A stretch of DNA of 63,144 nucleotides, counting the filler, from Folioceros fuciformis (taxonomy: Eukaryota), in the NCBI GenBank assembly GCA_049999805.1. It is 24 parts of 24 records of this genome, joined end to end, with 100 filler letters (N's around TTAATTAATTAA, not from the genome) between each part and the next. Parts side by side here need not be neighbours in the genome. Positions count along the whole stretch, not along the records: positions 1 to 1,061 come from JBNGIO010004781.1; positions 1,162 to 6,291 come from JBNGIO010004782.1; positions 6,392 to 7,839 come from JBNGIO010004783.1; positions 7,940 to 12,176 come from JBNGIO010004784.1; 20 more parts are not named here. One strand, 5' to 3'. The notes below the pieces were generated by a model. It was not told where the DNA came from. It searched no databases and saw nothing but the letters and a program-made list of their open reading frames with translations. Positions within the stretch are counted from its first letter, which is position 1, and each line of letters begins with the position of its first letter. Below are positions 1-10,754 of the stretch, piece by piece. The translations under genes and the position numbers were made by a program.

Positions 1-1061
1 TCGGCCAAGCTGTAGGCGAGGAAAGCGGGCTGGGTCGCGGTCAGGGGTAGGGCACTTCGGCGGGCTGTGGCAGTGCCAGAGCCATGCAGCCAAGCGGCTG
101 GCGAGTCGACATCCAGGTGGGAGGGTGCCGAACCAGATTGGTAGCGGTAGCCGGATTCGGGATGTGGTCAGGCTTGGCAGGTGGGAGGCCGGGGTGGATC
201 TAAGCCAGGCCGATGCCTAGAGGAGGGCCGGGCCAGCAGCGGCCCGGCTATGGAGAGCAAGGGTTGCAGAGGAGCGCTTGCAAGGGCTGGGCAAGTAGCA
301 CGGACACCCGGCTACGGGGAGGCAGCCTAGCCTAGCTGCAGGCAGGCAACCTGGTAGCTGGCGGGTGGGTGACCTAGCAGGCACGGCGCCGGGATCCAGG
401 CAGCCAGGCTTGGCTGGCCAGGATCGCGAGGGGGCTAGCTAGGGGCTACAGCAAGCGGCCCCGTGAGCGGGCTGCTTGGCCAGATCCAAGAGGGCAGGCC
501 GGCCTAGCAGGCGGCCTGGAGGATGGCTGGGCCAGCGGCGACCCGGCTGTGCGACTAGCGGGGCTGGCTGGCCTAATGCAGCTGCGGGTGGCCGGATTGG
601 CCGTGACTGGAGGCACGCACACCAGCAGGCAGCCTAGTAGCGGCTTGGCTGGTCAGTAGCAGGCTGGCTAGCAAGAGGCTGGCAGGCGATCCTGTAGGCA
701 GATCCGACCAGGCAGCCGCCTAGTGCAGGCTGGTTGGCAAGAGGCTGGCAGGCGATCCTGTAGGTAGATCCGACCAGGCAGCCGCCTAGTGCAGGCTGGC
801 TGGCTGGAGGAGATCCTGGCCGGCAAGGCGAGGAGCAGGGGGTGCTGCCAAAGCAGCTACCCGCTTGGCGGGTGGCTTAGCGGAATCTGGGGCCAGCCAG
901 GCGGGCTGCAGGCAGGTAGCCGGGTAGGCCAAACGGGTGGCTGCCTTGCAAGGGTCGAAGACAGGGCACCCCAGGCCCGATGGGTGGCCTACGATGGAGA
1001 CTAGACTAGCGGGACTGCCAGGTGACGGCAGCTAGCAGCAGTGGCTGAGGTGGCTAGCCAG
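1..1061. repeat. GC-rich, G-skewed degenerate repeat region, probably non-coding internal region of a large retroelement
   Basis: Built from GGCTGG/CCAG/CTAG/GGATCC words. Same texture at ~3700-4470 (opposite strand), 39884-40925 and 45569-47700. ORFs are low-complexity G/R/A/W. Confidence 0.6.
659..803. repeat. 66-bp tandem duplication (~2.2 copies)
   Basis: gcaggctgg...gatccgaccaggcagccgcctagt starts at 659, 725 and (partial) 791. Confidence 0.9.
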
Positions 1062-1161
1062 NNNNNNNNNNNNNNNNNNNNNNNNNNNNNNNNNNNNNNN
1101 NNNNNTTAATTAATTAANNNNNNNNNNNNNNNNNNNNNNNNNNNNNNNNNNNNNNNNNNNN
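1062..1161. other. Artificial contig linker (N44-TTAATTAATTAA-N44, six-frame stop spacer); first of 23
   Basis: Identical 100-bp spacer recurs at 6292, 7840, 12177, 13648, 16869, 21665, 23972, 26334, 28706, 31701, 34051, 36003, 37114, 38659, 39784, 40926, 45469, 51137, 53084, 58549, 59817, 61306. Confidence 0.99.
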
Positions 1162-1490
1162 GTGTGGTGCATGATAACCCTGTCGAGTCCTTGAAGCAGA
1201 ATGCTTCTGGCCCTCTTGTCTTGTCGAGACCAGGTCACATGGGCAGGGGTGTTTGCTGCTGGCTCTGGGTCTGTTCCATTGACAATAGCCCACAAGTCGT
1301 GTTCTTCGAAAATTGCCTGCATCCTCATTGCCCAGACGTCGAATTCGACACCTGCAAACCTGTCTCGATCTCTTATTTCGACTTTCACGTTGGTGATGTT
1401 GTTCGTGACCATGTTGGTCACGTTTCCTCCTGGAGGGGGAGGTGGTGGTGAAGCACCAGTGCCACTGGTGACGCTAGCACCAGTGGACAT
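1162..1490 (-). mobile_element. Ty1/Copia gag N-terminus (truncated by contig end)
   Basis: MSTGAS...EIRDRDRFAGVEFDVWAMRMQAIFEEHDLWAIVNGT...WSRQDKRARSILL matches the Copia gag N-terminal (DUF4219/UBN2-like) pattern. Confidence 0.88.
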
Positions 1491-1576
1491 CTTTTGAGGC
1501 CGCTTCTTCTTTGGGGGTTTTGACAGGTGTGTGCCAAGACCTCTGGACCTCCAATGGTGTGGATACTCCTTCAGGA

Positions 1577-1864
1577 TCAAGAGGAGAAGAAGGAGAGGTC
1601 CTGCTCCACATCTACCAATTTCTTTGCTTTAGTGATGCTGGATGCTACGCGCACTTTGCTGATGAAGACGTAGTGTAGCTTTTCTACCAATCTGTGCAAT
1701 TTGCAGACCTGATGTTCTAACTTAGCAAGGTCTGATTTTGGCAAATGATTTTTAAGATCAGGACTTAAGTAACTTAATTTAGAGATCGGCTTGTGTTGAT
1801 GAGAGTGACAGCAACAAGTGCGCCTGTTCTGGGTAGCCGTGCGTGGGCGCGTGAACGGAGATTC
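1577..1864 (-). pseudogene. Stop-free frame between PBS and gag; extra 5' ORF remnant
   Basis: Manual translation: ...QNRRTCCCHSHQHKPISKLSYLSPDLKNHLPKSDLAKLEHQVCKLHRLVEKLHYVF...LVDVEQDLSFFSS*. No ATG in frame. Confidence 0.45.
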
Positions 1865-2124
1865 TCACCACCTGCACTGATCTTGTATCAGATTAGGGTG
1901 CCAGCCACAAGAGTTGTGGCTGTAGTGTCTTTCGGATCTCGACCGAGATTGCGCCCTGACGTGAAGATGCCTTCGGTTAGGCATTTTCAGTTTGCAAGGC
2001 ACTGATTAAGCGGAGTGGCCAGCGCATGATGATAACCAGCCCAAGTCTGTGAAGCAGCCATGGAGTTGGCAGTAGCGCTGGGATTGAGCGGTCATTATAC
2101 AAATTTGTGGTCGGCTTACATATC

Positions 2125-2136
2125 GCTCTGATACCA
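2125..2136 (-). promoter_or_regulatory. tRNA-iMet primer binding site
   Basis: gctctgatacca = reverse complement of TGGTATCAGAGC, upstream of the minus-strand gag. Confidence 0.92.
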
Positions 2137-2384
2137 ATTTAGTAAACCAAACCGTGCAGCGGTAGTGTGATCGGAAGAGATGAACAAGGAATGAAGTAGA
2201 CTGAACAACTATGGGGAGGGACGCCCGTGGCGAACCTAGAGTGTACCCAACCGTCATATCCAACGATCGTGTCGTAACAATGTGACTATTCAAATGGTGC
2301 CTAGTGAGATGGCCCTAACCCTAATTAACTAACCAGGATAAGGCTGTTCTAGAGTTAACTAGACCTACTATCATATCTTCAACA
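2137..2384 (-). mobile_element. Copia 5' LTR (~248 bp)
   Basis: Adjoins the PBS and starts TGTTGAAG on minus (cttcaaca ends 2384). Sequence character changes beyond it. Confidence 0.65.
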
Positions 2385-3120
2385 CCAACCCCAACTCCAG
2401 CTGAATGAGAACTCTAGCATCATCTTCAGCTCCCACTCCCAACTCCAGGTATTAGCCACCTCAGCAGCTGAGAGGAGGCCCCAGCCCTGGCCTCGGCCTC
2501 CACTCTCAGCCCTAAATGCCAACCAACTCAGCAGCTGATTGAGAACTTCAGCACCTAAGCTCCTCACCTCAGCACAACAACTCCAACACTTCAACTCTTC
2601 AGCCCTTCACTCTCACGTTTCACTCCTGGATTTTGGAATGCAACAGCCCCTCACTTGCAGTCCTTGAGGCATGGATGTGCAGACCCAGGCTGGATAGCCT
2701 CCTCAGCTCACAGCCCTGCAATCCGTTGCCTTGGAAATCCCTTAGGGACGTTAAGGTACCCCAAGCACCCAACCAGCATGCAAGAAAGGTCAGCCCTTGC
2801 GGATCTAGCCACCCAGATGTCAGCAATTTTGGGAGCCGCCACGTTCCCCTAGTGGCATGGAGAATCGAGGCCGAGGTGCATCTGTACACTGGATTAACCC
2901 TCTAACCCAGCAGCCTGCACATAAGGTCAAGGGAGCTCTCACCAAAAAAAACCTCCCCCCTCAATGAGCGGCCTGGCCTCTTATACCCCCTTGGCCAAGA
3001 ACCTCTGCCACTGTCTAACCAGGTCAGCACGCCTCTGACAGAACCCTCCACTCGTCAAAACCCTAAACCTAACTCCGACCTAATCCTAACCTGACTCTGA
3101 CCTAACCCTAACCCCGACTT
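2385..3120 (-). mobile_element. Fragment of a long Gypsy-type LTR
   Basis: Shares blocks ctggatagcc..tcagctcac, cttgcggatc..gccac and ccacgttcccctagtggca with 11980-12110. TATA-like ggggtataa and gagctcccttg on minus, as at ~31575-31605. Confidence 0.55.
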
Positions 3121-5399
3121 GTGGCCTTGGTTGCTCTTATCAAAATTAATCAACCTCTCAAAACTACCAAAACTCACGAGTGCCTCTCGACACTCTCTTC
3201 CCCCCTCCGATCCTCTCCTTTCCCTTAGATCATTTGCAACCCTTCAGAGACCCCACTGTCTTCAGATCCTTTCCTCCATTCTACTGGCCAAGGCCCATGA
3301 CCCGATAGTGCTACCCATCTAGTGCCCTTGAGTGGGTAAGCTTGGCACTGGAAGCGTCAACCCACCATCTCTACCAACATAACTATCACCGAGCTTCCCA
3401 CCCGCTAGCAACGAGCCTGTACTAGGCTTTCCGCCTACAAGGCAGCCAAGCGTGCTACCCCTAGATGGTAAGCCAAATGCCACTTATGTCATCTGGCTGA
3501 CCACAAGGCAGGAGAGATGCATCACTCTTGACCCCAATACCTGGATGGGGCAGTTCGCAGGTCCCTCAGCTTTGTCTTCACGCATTCTCCTAGCGGCTGC
3601 GCCCCCACCTTTGTCCAAGCCACCGTAGCAAATGAAGCAAATGATTGCAACCCTTCATTTGCAATCCTTGCTCGAAGCCAGACTCGAGCTGTTTCGACTC
3701 CACCTTGTCCCTACTCCCCGAATTCTAGCCCCACCCCCTTGATCCACTCTTTAGGGATCTGGTGGCCGGCGGCTGAAATTGGCCTTTCTTTCACCTCAGT
3801 CAGCTGTCGTCTACTTGGATCCAACTCGGACACTGCTTGTGACCCTTCCCCGACTAGCCATCAGCCAAGTTACTGATCCAACTCACTCGGTGCCGACCCC
3901 CATCCTAACTAGCTAGCCATCCTGCTAAACACAGCTCAGGCCAGCCTGCACACGATCCCGGCCAGCCCATCTAGACAGGCCACCTTCCTTCCCTAGCTGC
4001 TGGGCCGCCTGCATAACCTGTCCAGAGGTTGCAAGGCAACCTTCCATCTTCCGGGTCCGGCAGCTGCTAAGCTGCTTGCCGGCTTCCGGATCAGGCCTCG
4101 GCCTCGACTAGCCTAGGTCCACTTGCAACCCTTGCTGGTTGCTCACCTGCACCCGCCTAGCTCATCTTCCCCCTTTTGCCCTGCGGCCAGCCTTCCTGTC
4201 GGATCCAGCCGGGACCTCGGCTCGGATCTGGCCCTTGATTCCACCAGAGCCTTCCACCAGGGTCGCAAGAGCAACTTCCTGCCCCCCCGACTGATCTACC
4301 AGCCGTGATCCAGCCAGCACCAGACCTGCCTACCATCTGACTGCCCGCCAACCTGCTACTGGTCCACCCGCTGGGCTGCCTTGCAATCCGGCCAGCGCCC
4401 ACCTCTGATCTGCCTAGACGACTAGACCGCCTAGCTTGCCTCCAGCTTGCCGGGATTCGCCTGCTACCGGCTGATAGATAGGGTGAGATTAGGGAGATGT
4501 AGGTGACCTTGACATTAGTTCACTCCCTTGGGAGCGAATCATAAGACTGCAACGATAATAAGGGGAAGTGTGGCCCCTTGGTGGTTCTTGGGTGCAAGTT
4601 TCACTCCACAAGGACCAAGGGAGGAGGCTGATTGTTCCTTGGCCTTCGGCCTTTGAACAATTCACAAAATCCTATATAAGGAGGAACCCCATAGCTATAG
4701 AGTCAGGTTGTGATTAGGGTCAGCTTGGGCGTAGGACGCTGTTGTTTGTGGACTTAGACTGAGAAGGGAGGTAGTCGAAGCTGAACGACAGTCGCGGAAG
4801 GTGGAAGGTGGTCGCAGAATGGGCAACCAGTAGTGGAAGCCAGTGGCAGTCGTGGAAACGAGGACGGCCATCGGCAGATGGAAACCCCAAGGGGAGGGGC
4901 AAGGTCAAACAGAGAAGCAGGTCCATGACTGAGGTAGTGAGAGCCACTACCGGTAGAGAAGAGACGACTCTAGTAGTGGGAAGCTCTACCGCAGTTGGGG
5001 AAGCAGAGATAATTGCGGAATCAGTAACCAGGGTTGTTGAAACCCCTACCCGCACCAGGAGGACTGCAATGGAGACAACTGCAGGTAGAGTGCCAGAAGG
5101 CACTCCAGCATCGTAAGAGGGGCCAAAAGAATGGATAGGAGGAGAGCGTGGCGCTAAGGTAGGCCAGGAGTGGTTGCATCTTAAAATAAAATTTAGATAA
5201 GATTTGGCAAGATGCTATCTTGACCTAGTGCCGACTGTAAGGGTTTATTTGAAACCCTAAACCCTTTTTAAGTTGACTATTTTTAAAACTAGACTTTATG
5301 GTGGGTTGTGGCTCCCGCTCTGGAAACTCTGTATAAAGGGGTCTGTTAGTGCCTCTCTAATTAGCAAATGTTGGAGACACTTCCCGGTTGAGATACTTG

Positions 5400-6291
5400 T
5401 GTGGAGGCAAAACCCCGGGCACTGATTGCCAATGGGTTCCACCTTTAGTGGCCACACTAATCCCACTATTGTTGAGATATTGGGTTCCGTTCCCACGAAG
5501 GAGCGATGGGGTTCCTTACTGTTGTGGAAGGAGGATCGGATACAATCGACTTGATGATGGATTCGAGGGCTCCCCTCCAGCTCCGATCAGGCGTAGGACA
5601 GGCCTCACTGTCCAGCAGTCAGTTGCACCTCTCGATGCCCACAAACTCATTCCAGTCACTATAAGGACCCTAACCTCTCAGATCTGCGACTTCCCTCACT
5701 CACTTTACTCGCTCTCTCACTCAAGTACCAACACCAGCAACTAACAACGACACCACTACCTTCTACACTTCCCTACAGACTCCTCCTACCCGGCAAGAGT
5801 CACTAGACTAATCCCAAAGAAAAGAAAGAAGGGAACACACTCCCCTCTCGGATATCTCCTCCCCACAACCTTACCAGACGCCATAAAACATGGCCGGCCT
5901 ACAGCACTTGTCCAAACAAGGAACAAGAGTGGACAGGTCGAGAGAAAGACACATCCTTTACAATCAAGAGCTAGGGGCAAGCCCCTTCACCCTGGTCATT
6001 ATACCTTGTGAGCCTACTAGACACTGTACAACCGGTAACACGCGGCTTGCGATCCTACCAGACGTTGCACAGCCGCCAACACACTGCAGGTCCTAAACCA
6101 AGCAGGGACATATACCACAAGAGCTCATGAAGAGAGTACGTCCAAGAGCTCACGAAGTGACAGACTGACTCCCAAAGTGAATGACTACCTCCTCCTACAG
6201 GCTCACCTGATCTTATAGGATCCTCTCTCTCTCTCTGACTTCATCTCTCTCTAACTTGACAAATATTATTTTAATAGGACCACTAGCCTAG
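5400..6291 (-). mobile_element. LTR of family X (3' terminus at 5400), inserted into another element
   Basis: Starts tgtggaggcaaaacccc. Near-identical to 38759-39096, 41026-41093 and 45237-45468. Left flank is homologous to 30161-30200. Confidence 0.8.
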
Positions 6292-6391
6292 NNNNNNNNN
6301 NNNNNNNNNNNNNNNNNNNNNNNNNNNNNNNNNNNTTAATTAATTAANNNNNNNNNNNNNNNNNNNNNNNNNNNNNNNNNNNNNNNNNNNN

Positions 6392-7839
6392 TCTCTTTTG
6401 AATCCCAAGTTCGAAGATGCTTGTAGCATTAAACTTTAAGGCAAGAGAATATTGGTTTATTGAAACTTTGATGCGTTACCTCCCTTAACAATAGTAAGAA
6501 CTCTGTCAATTCACTATGATTATGCTTAAGTGTTTCACTGTTTCTATCAATTTCTATTAAGTCGGACTCAACTTTCATAAGTTTTGCCTATTATGTAAAC
6601 ATGGGAGAAAAATGGATCAACTTTGTCTTGGCCATTCGTATTAGAAAAACAATTACAATGTGCTACATGGAGTGTGAACACATGAGCGAGCTGAATACTT
6701 ATGAATTATCTATTAAAAAACACTTGCAATCACGTAAGTTTGAAACCATACCTCTAACTCACTCCTGCTTATTGTAATACGTGATGTTGGTAGCATAGCA
6801 GTATTAATCTTAGCTTTCACTATTTGTTCCTTAATGTTCTTCTGCCCTTCCAATTGAGGATTATGAAGAGAGCTCCATTTGAAAGGATAGGCACAATGAA
6901 CCATTTGCATATCCAAGGAACTAAGCTATCCATGGGCCTTAGCCAATTTATCTCATCTATTGTTTTAACACATGGAAGGATGGCAAGAAGACACAATCTA
7001 TTTCTACAAGTGCCATGGCTTGGCTACAATGCTATCAACTCAACTTGCAATTATGTGCTCCTCATGTTGAGTTTATGAAAATCACTTCCCATGAGTTTCT
7101 TAGGAGACCTTGTTGGAGGATGACTACCAGTCCTACTAACTCTATAATGCTTAATTAGCACTACTATATGTAGTGGCAATTTTCCTTGTGCATCACTTAA
7201 GTTATCATGCCATAGCTGTGACAAATTTAGTATTCCATATATACCAAATAGCACAAAAAGAACGTTTCTTTTTCACTCTACATATATCTTTAAATGAATA
7301 ATACACCTGCGATGTACAAAATATAATTAATAATTGGAAAGTGTCCCAAAGTGAATTGAAATTGTACATCCCTAAGTTTTTCAACTTAGGGATGCCATTC
7401 TTAAATATTGAAGTTTACATCTTTCCTTCATTTATCTATCAAGTTTACACCAAACATTCATTAATTATAAATGCTCAAATGTTCCAATCCACATCCAAGA
7501 CCTTGATAAGGACCATGCAGGTGGCAAAGGAAGCCCCATGGTGTATTCAAGCTAGCCATTATGCACATGGTGGCTGAAAAATAAGAAGGAATGACAAAAA
7601 TGTAGTAGATGTGGTGTTCACATTTTGGTTTGCAAACATCCTTTCCTTCATTTTGATGCAAGATTTTCCTTCGCATGGAATGAATGCAAGCCATATGATA
7701 TTTTGACTGTGATATAGAAATATGGGCAAATAAAGTGCATTGTGGGCATGCTTGGCTATTGAGCAAGTGAAATGAGACCTCCTTAAATTTAGTAAAATGA
7801 TTTGAGTGAGCATAAATGATATGGAAACATATGTTTGCA
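6392..7839 (-). other. AT-rich decayed sequence, possibly a transposon-derived coding remnant
   Basis: Only short broken ORFs. CKPKCEHHIYYIF weakly recalls a SWIM zinc finger (CKHxYY). Confidence 0.2.
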
Positions 7840-7939
7840 NNNNNNNNNNNNNNNNNNNNNNNNNNNNNNNNNNNNNNNNNNNNTTAATTAATTAANNNNN
7901 NNNNNNNNNNNNNNNNNNNNNNNNNNNNNNNNNNNNNNN

Positions 7940-9186
7940 AGCCTGCATGATCAAAAGTTAAGGTGAAGGTTCTCATCTTCATTAACCAACTAACCAAAAT
8001 TAGGTTCTTGACCATGGCAGGTACATGCAAGACATTTAACAATGTTACTTCTGACTGATCGCTGAGAGTAAGAGAAACTGAGCCTCTTCCAGCAACCTTG
8101 AGTCCAGAGTCGTCTCCGAGAATTACAAAGGTGTCAAAGGGTATGGTATCGTACGTACTAAAGAAAACTTGTGTATGGCAGATATGAACCGAAGCACAGG
8201 AATCCAGATACCACCCAGTGTGATCAACCGGATTTCGGTTCAGGCATACGGCCATGATGCCTAGTGAAGAGGACATTGGCAATCTATTTCCAGAGGATGA
8301 GGAAGCAACATAAGCAGAGGGTGAGCACCCTTTTTGAGGAAGCCTTGAGGCTTTCTTCCTGCATTCATTTTCCCAGTGGCCTGGGATGCCACACCAGTTG
8401 CAATTACCTTTTGTCTAGTGTTTGCTTTTGGCTGTGGCGGTCGTTGCTACCTATCTAACCTTGGTTGAAAAGGTTTTCCTCTACTTCGCCCTCTGCTAAC
8501 ATACATAATTCTTGTTGGCTTGGAACTAGGTCCTACATCGTAGCGAGTAGTGTTGTCTTGGATAAAAGCGGAGATTACTTCAGTAAGTACTCCATCAGCT
8601 GCTTTTGCAGCAATGCCTCCTTTCTTGAGTGCTTGTTGGGCATCTCTTATCCTGGGATTTTGGGAGGTTATAAAGTCATGATAACTAGCAGGCAAGGTGT
8701 TGAGAAATACCGCAGTTGCTCTGACTTCATCAATTTTCCAGCCTGCACTGGAGAGTTTTGCTCTTGTAGATCTGAAGGCAGAGATATGTCCTTGCACAGT
8801 TCTTACTCTTTCATCCTTAGAGAGAATAGGTTTCTTACGGCAACTACCATTGTTCCCAAGTCTTCAGATTGATAGAGGTTGGAAAGTTGTGACCATGCTT
8901 CGACAGCAGTGGTAGTCCCATTCACTTGATGGATCATGGACCTTTCCAACCCAGCTAGGATGAGTTTCCTAGCCTTCTTGTCAAGCTTTTTCTAAGTATT
9001 CACTACTTGCTTGTTCGAGCCGGTAGGATCAAGTTCGACCTTGGGCACCGTGCCATCAACGATTCCCATCAGGTCTGCCTCATCTAGAATAGAGACCATC
9101 CTAACCACCCATGTGTCATAATCAGAGCCATTGAATCTGTCACGATCTTTGATGTCCACATTATAATTGTAAACTATGGTCGTCAT
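7940..9186 (-). mobile_element. Decayed Copia gag-zinc knuckle-protease
   Basis: DIKDRDRFNGSDYDTWVVRM; FLNTLPASYHDFI; CNWCGIPGHWENECRKK; protease WYLDSCASVHIC; LHVPAMVKNLI. Stops and frameshifts present. Confidence 0.92.
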
Positions 9187-9236
9187 TTTGATATACTGGA
9201 ATGGACTTGATAAGGCTCTTCAAGTTGTTAATAACG

Positions 9237-9587
9237 TCAGCCTGAATGGCCTGGGCGGTTGTGTCTACGCCTTTGCCCTGTTTGTGCAGGTATAGTTGGA
9301 AAACTATGATCTAGTACCAACATCAAAGCCATCATCCTTGATTCTAATGATGATAGTCTAGAATGGTAAGACCCTCTAACGTGAAAGTTCAGTTCACGCT
9401 GACTACTCTCTACATCAGTGAAACGTCTCTCAAGAATGTTGATGGATTCTTGGAGAGAAGTGATGTGTAGGGAATCACCCTGCAATGATCTGAGTTGTTC
9501 TAACTGTTGTGTATGATTTCTACAGGAACACGAGGTGTAACCAGTGCACCTATTCTTGTTTCTAGCCATCATGGAACGAGTGCCCAA
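9237..9587 (-). CDS. Extra 5' ORF of Copia element (Cys motif plus coiled coil), unknown function
   Basis: 116 aa lying between PBS (9721) and gag ATG (9186): CTGYTSCSCRNH then ITSLQESINILERRFTDVESSQ...RLSSLESRMM. Confidence 0.55.
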   Translation of the reverse strand: MGTRSMMARNKNRCTGYTSCSCRNHTQQLEQLRSLQGDSLHITSLQESINILERRFTDVESSQRELNFHVRGSYHSRLSSLESRMMALMLVLDHSFPTIPAQTGQRRRHNRPGHSG

Positions 9588-9720
9588 TGATGCTAGGAAT
9601 AAGATGTGTGAACAACATTTGGCAGAGAATAATTTGCCTCAAGAGCTGCATCAGGGTCGTTGTTCAAAGAACTGAAATTCTAGGTCGTCCATATCATGAG
9701 AATCTTTAGGAAGACCCGCT

Positions 9721-9732
9721 GCTCTTATACCA
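9721..9732 (-). promoter_or_regulatory. tRNA-iMet PBS (1 mismatch)
   Basis: gctcttatacca = TGGTATAAGAGC on minus. Confidence 0.85.
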
Positions 9733-9957
9733 TCTCGATAATTTTGACAGAATCACTTTATTACATCTGAATGTGTGTTACAAGAGAGAGAATCGTTTGA
9801 GCAGTCATGAAACTGAAGAGACACGGGATGCACAAGGTGCTTGTGAAGAGGTGCGTGTAAGGAGACATGCCCTTTCACCTATAGGCCTAATTAATTAAGA
9901 AAATAGAACAACGAAACGTGCCCTAATACATGGAGTGATGAGTGCGCTACTCCAACA
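9733..9957 (-). mobile_element. Copia 5' LTR (~225 bp)
   Basis: Adjoins the PBS, starts TGTTGGAG on minus, and abuts the tandem array. Confidence 0.7.
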
Positions 9958-10412
9958 AGGCAGACGCCGTAATAGAAGAGTGAAGGGGAAGAAGTGAGAC
10001 ATGGTGTGATGAGGCGGACGCCATAATAGAAGAGTAAAGGGGGAGAAGTGAGACATGGTGTGATGAGGCGAACGCTGTAATAGAAGAGTAAAGGGGGAGA
10101 AGTGAGACATGGTGTGATGAGGCGGACGCCGGAATAGAAGAGTAAAGGGGAGAAGTGAGACATGGTGTGATGAGTTGGATGCCGTAATAGAAGAGTAAAG
10201 GGGGAGAAGTGAGACAGGGTGTGATGAGGCGGACATCGGAATACAAGAGTAAAGGGCAGAAGTGAGACATGGTGTGATGAGGCAGACGCCGTAATAGAAG
10301 AGTAAAGGAGGAGAAGTGAGACATGGTGTGATGAGGCGGACGACGGAATAGAAGAGTAAAGGGGAGAAGTGAGACATGGTGTGATGAGGCGAATGCCATA
10401 ATAGAAGAGTAA
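9958..10412. repeat. 53-54-bp tandem array (~8.5 copies) in the 5' internal region of an Athila/Tat-like element
   Basis: Unit gacgccgtaatagaagagtaaagggggagaagtgagacatggtgtgatgaggcg, head-to-tail with no spacers. Confidence 0.95.
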
Positions 10413-10733
10413 GTGTGCTTATGCCTAAATGAGGGTATGGTACCCTTCTATTGGCAAGCGATTCCAAGAAAGCCCTACAACGACCGTAGCATTGATATCA
10501 CTACGACACCTCTGAGTGGTGGCCATGACATTTGTGAGAGGTGGCCACAATACCTGCGAGAGGTGGTGTGGCTAAGCGGATATGGTACCCTTACCAGACA
10601 CTACTCACATCTATTGTGGCCACATCAATCCCACAGTTCAGGTTTGGATGTCCTCACGTTTTGACTCACTCTGCTCCCGCATCCACCCAATCGTGTTTCT
10701 AATTCATCGAATTACCTCCCTCATGACCGAAGG

Positions 10734-10751
10734 TTCCCGACAACGGCGTCA
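10734..10751 (-). promoter_or_regulatory. tRNA-Asp-type PBS (Athila-like)
   Basis: Minus strand reads ...CCACA TTT TGACGCCGTTGTCGGGAA, close to the Athila consensus TGGCGCCGTTGCCGGGGA. Confidence 0.8.
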
Positions 10752-10754
10752 AAA

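Noticed and set aside
1062-1161. Recurring TTAATTAATTAA palindrome as a biological site, and ORFs ending in X...LIN
   Set aside because: Always centred in N runs: an assembly linker. Gene order across linkers carries no information.
9958-10412. CRISPR array, or tandem hammerhead ribozymes (gTGATGAggcggacgccG(t/g)AA resembles CUGAUGA-stem II-GAAA)
   Set aside because: No unique spacers and no cas genes. The hammerhead core is wrong at C3 and GAAA, and no stems I/III or cleavage triplet can be formed.
9891-10467. Repetitive ORFs in three minus-strand frames
   Set aside because: By-product of a 54-bp unit lacking stops on that strand.
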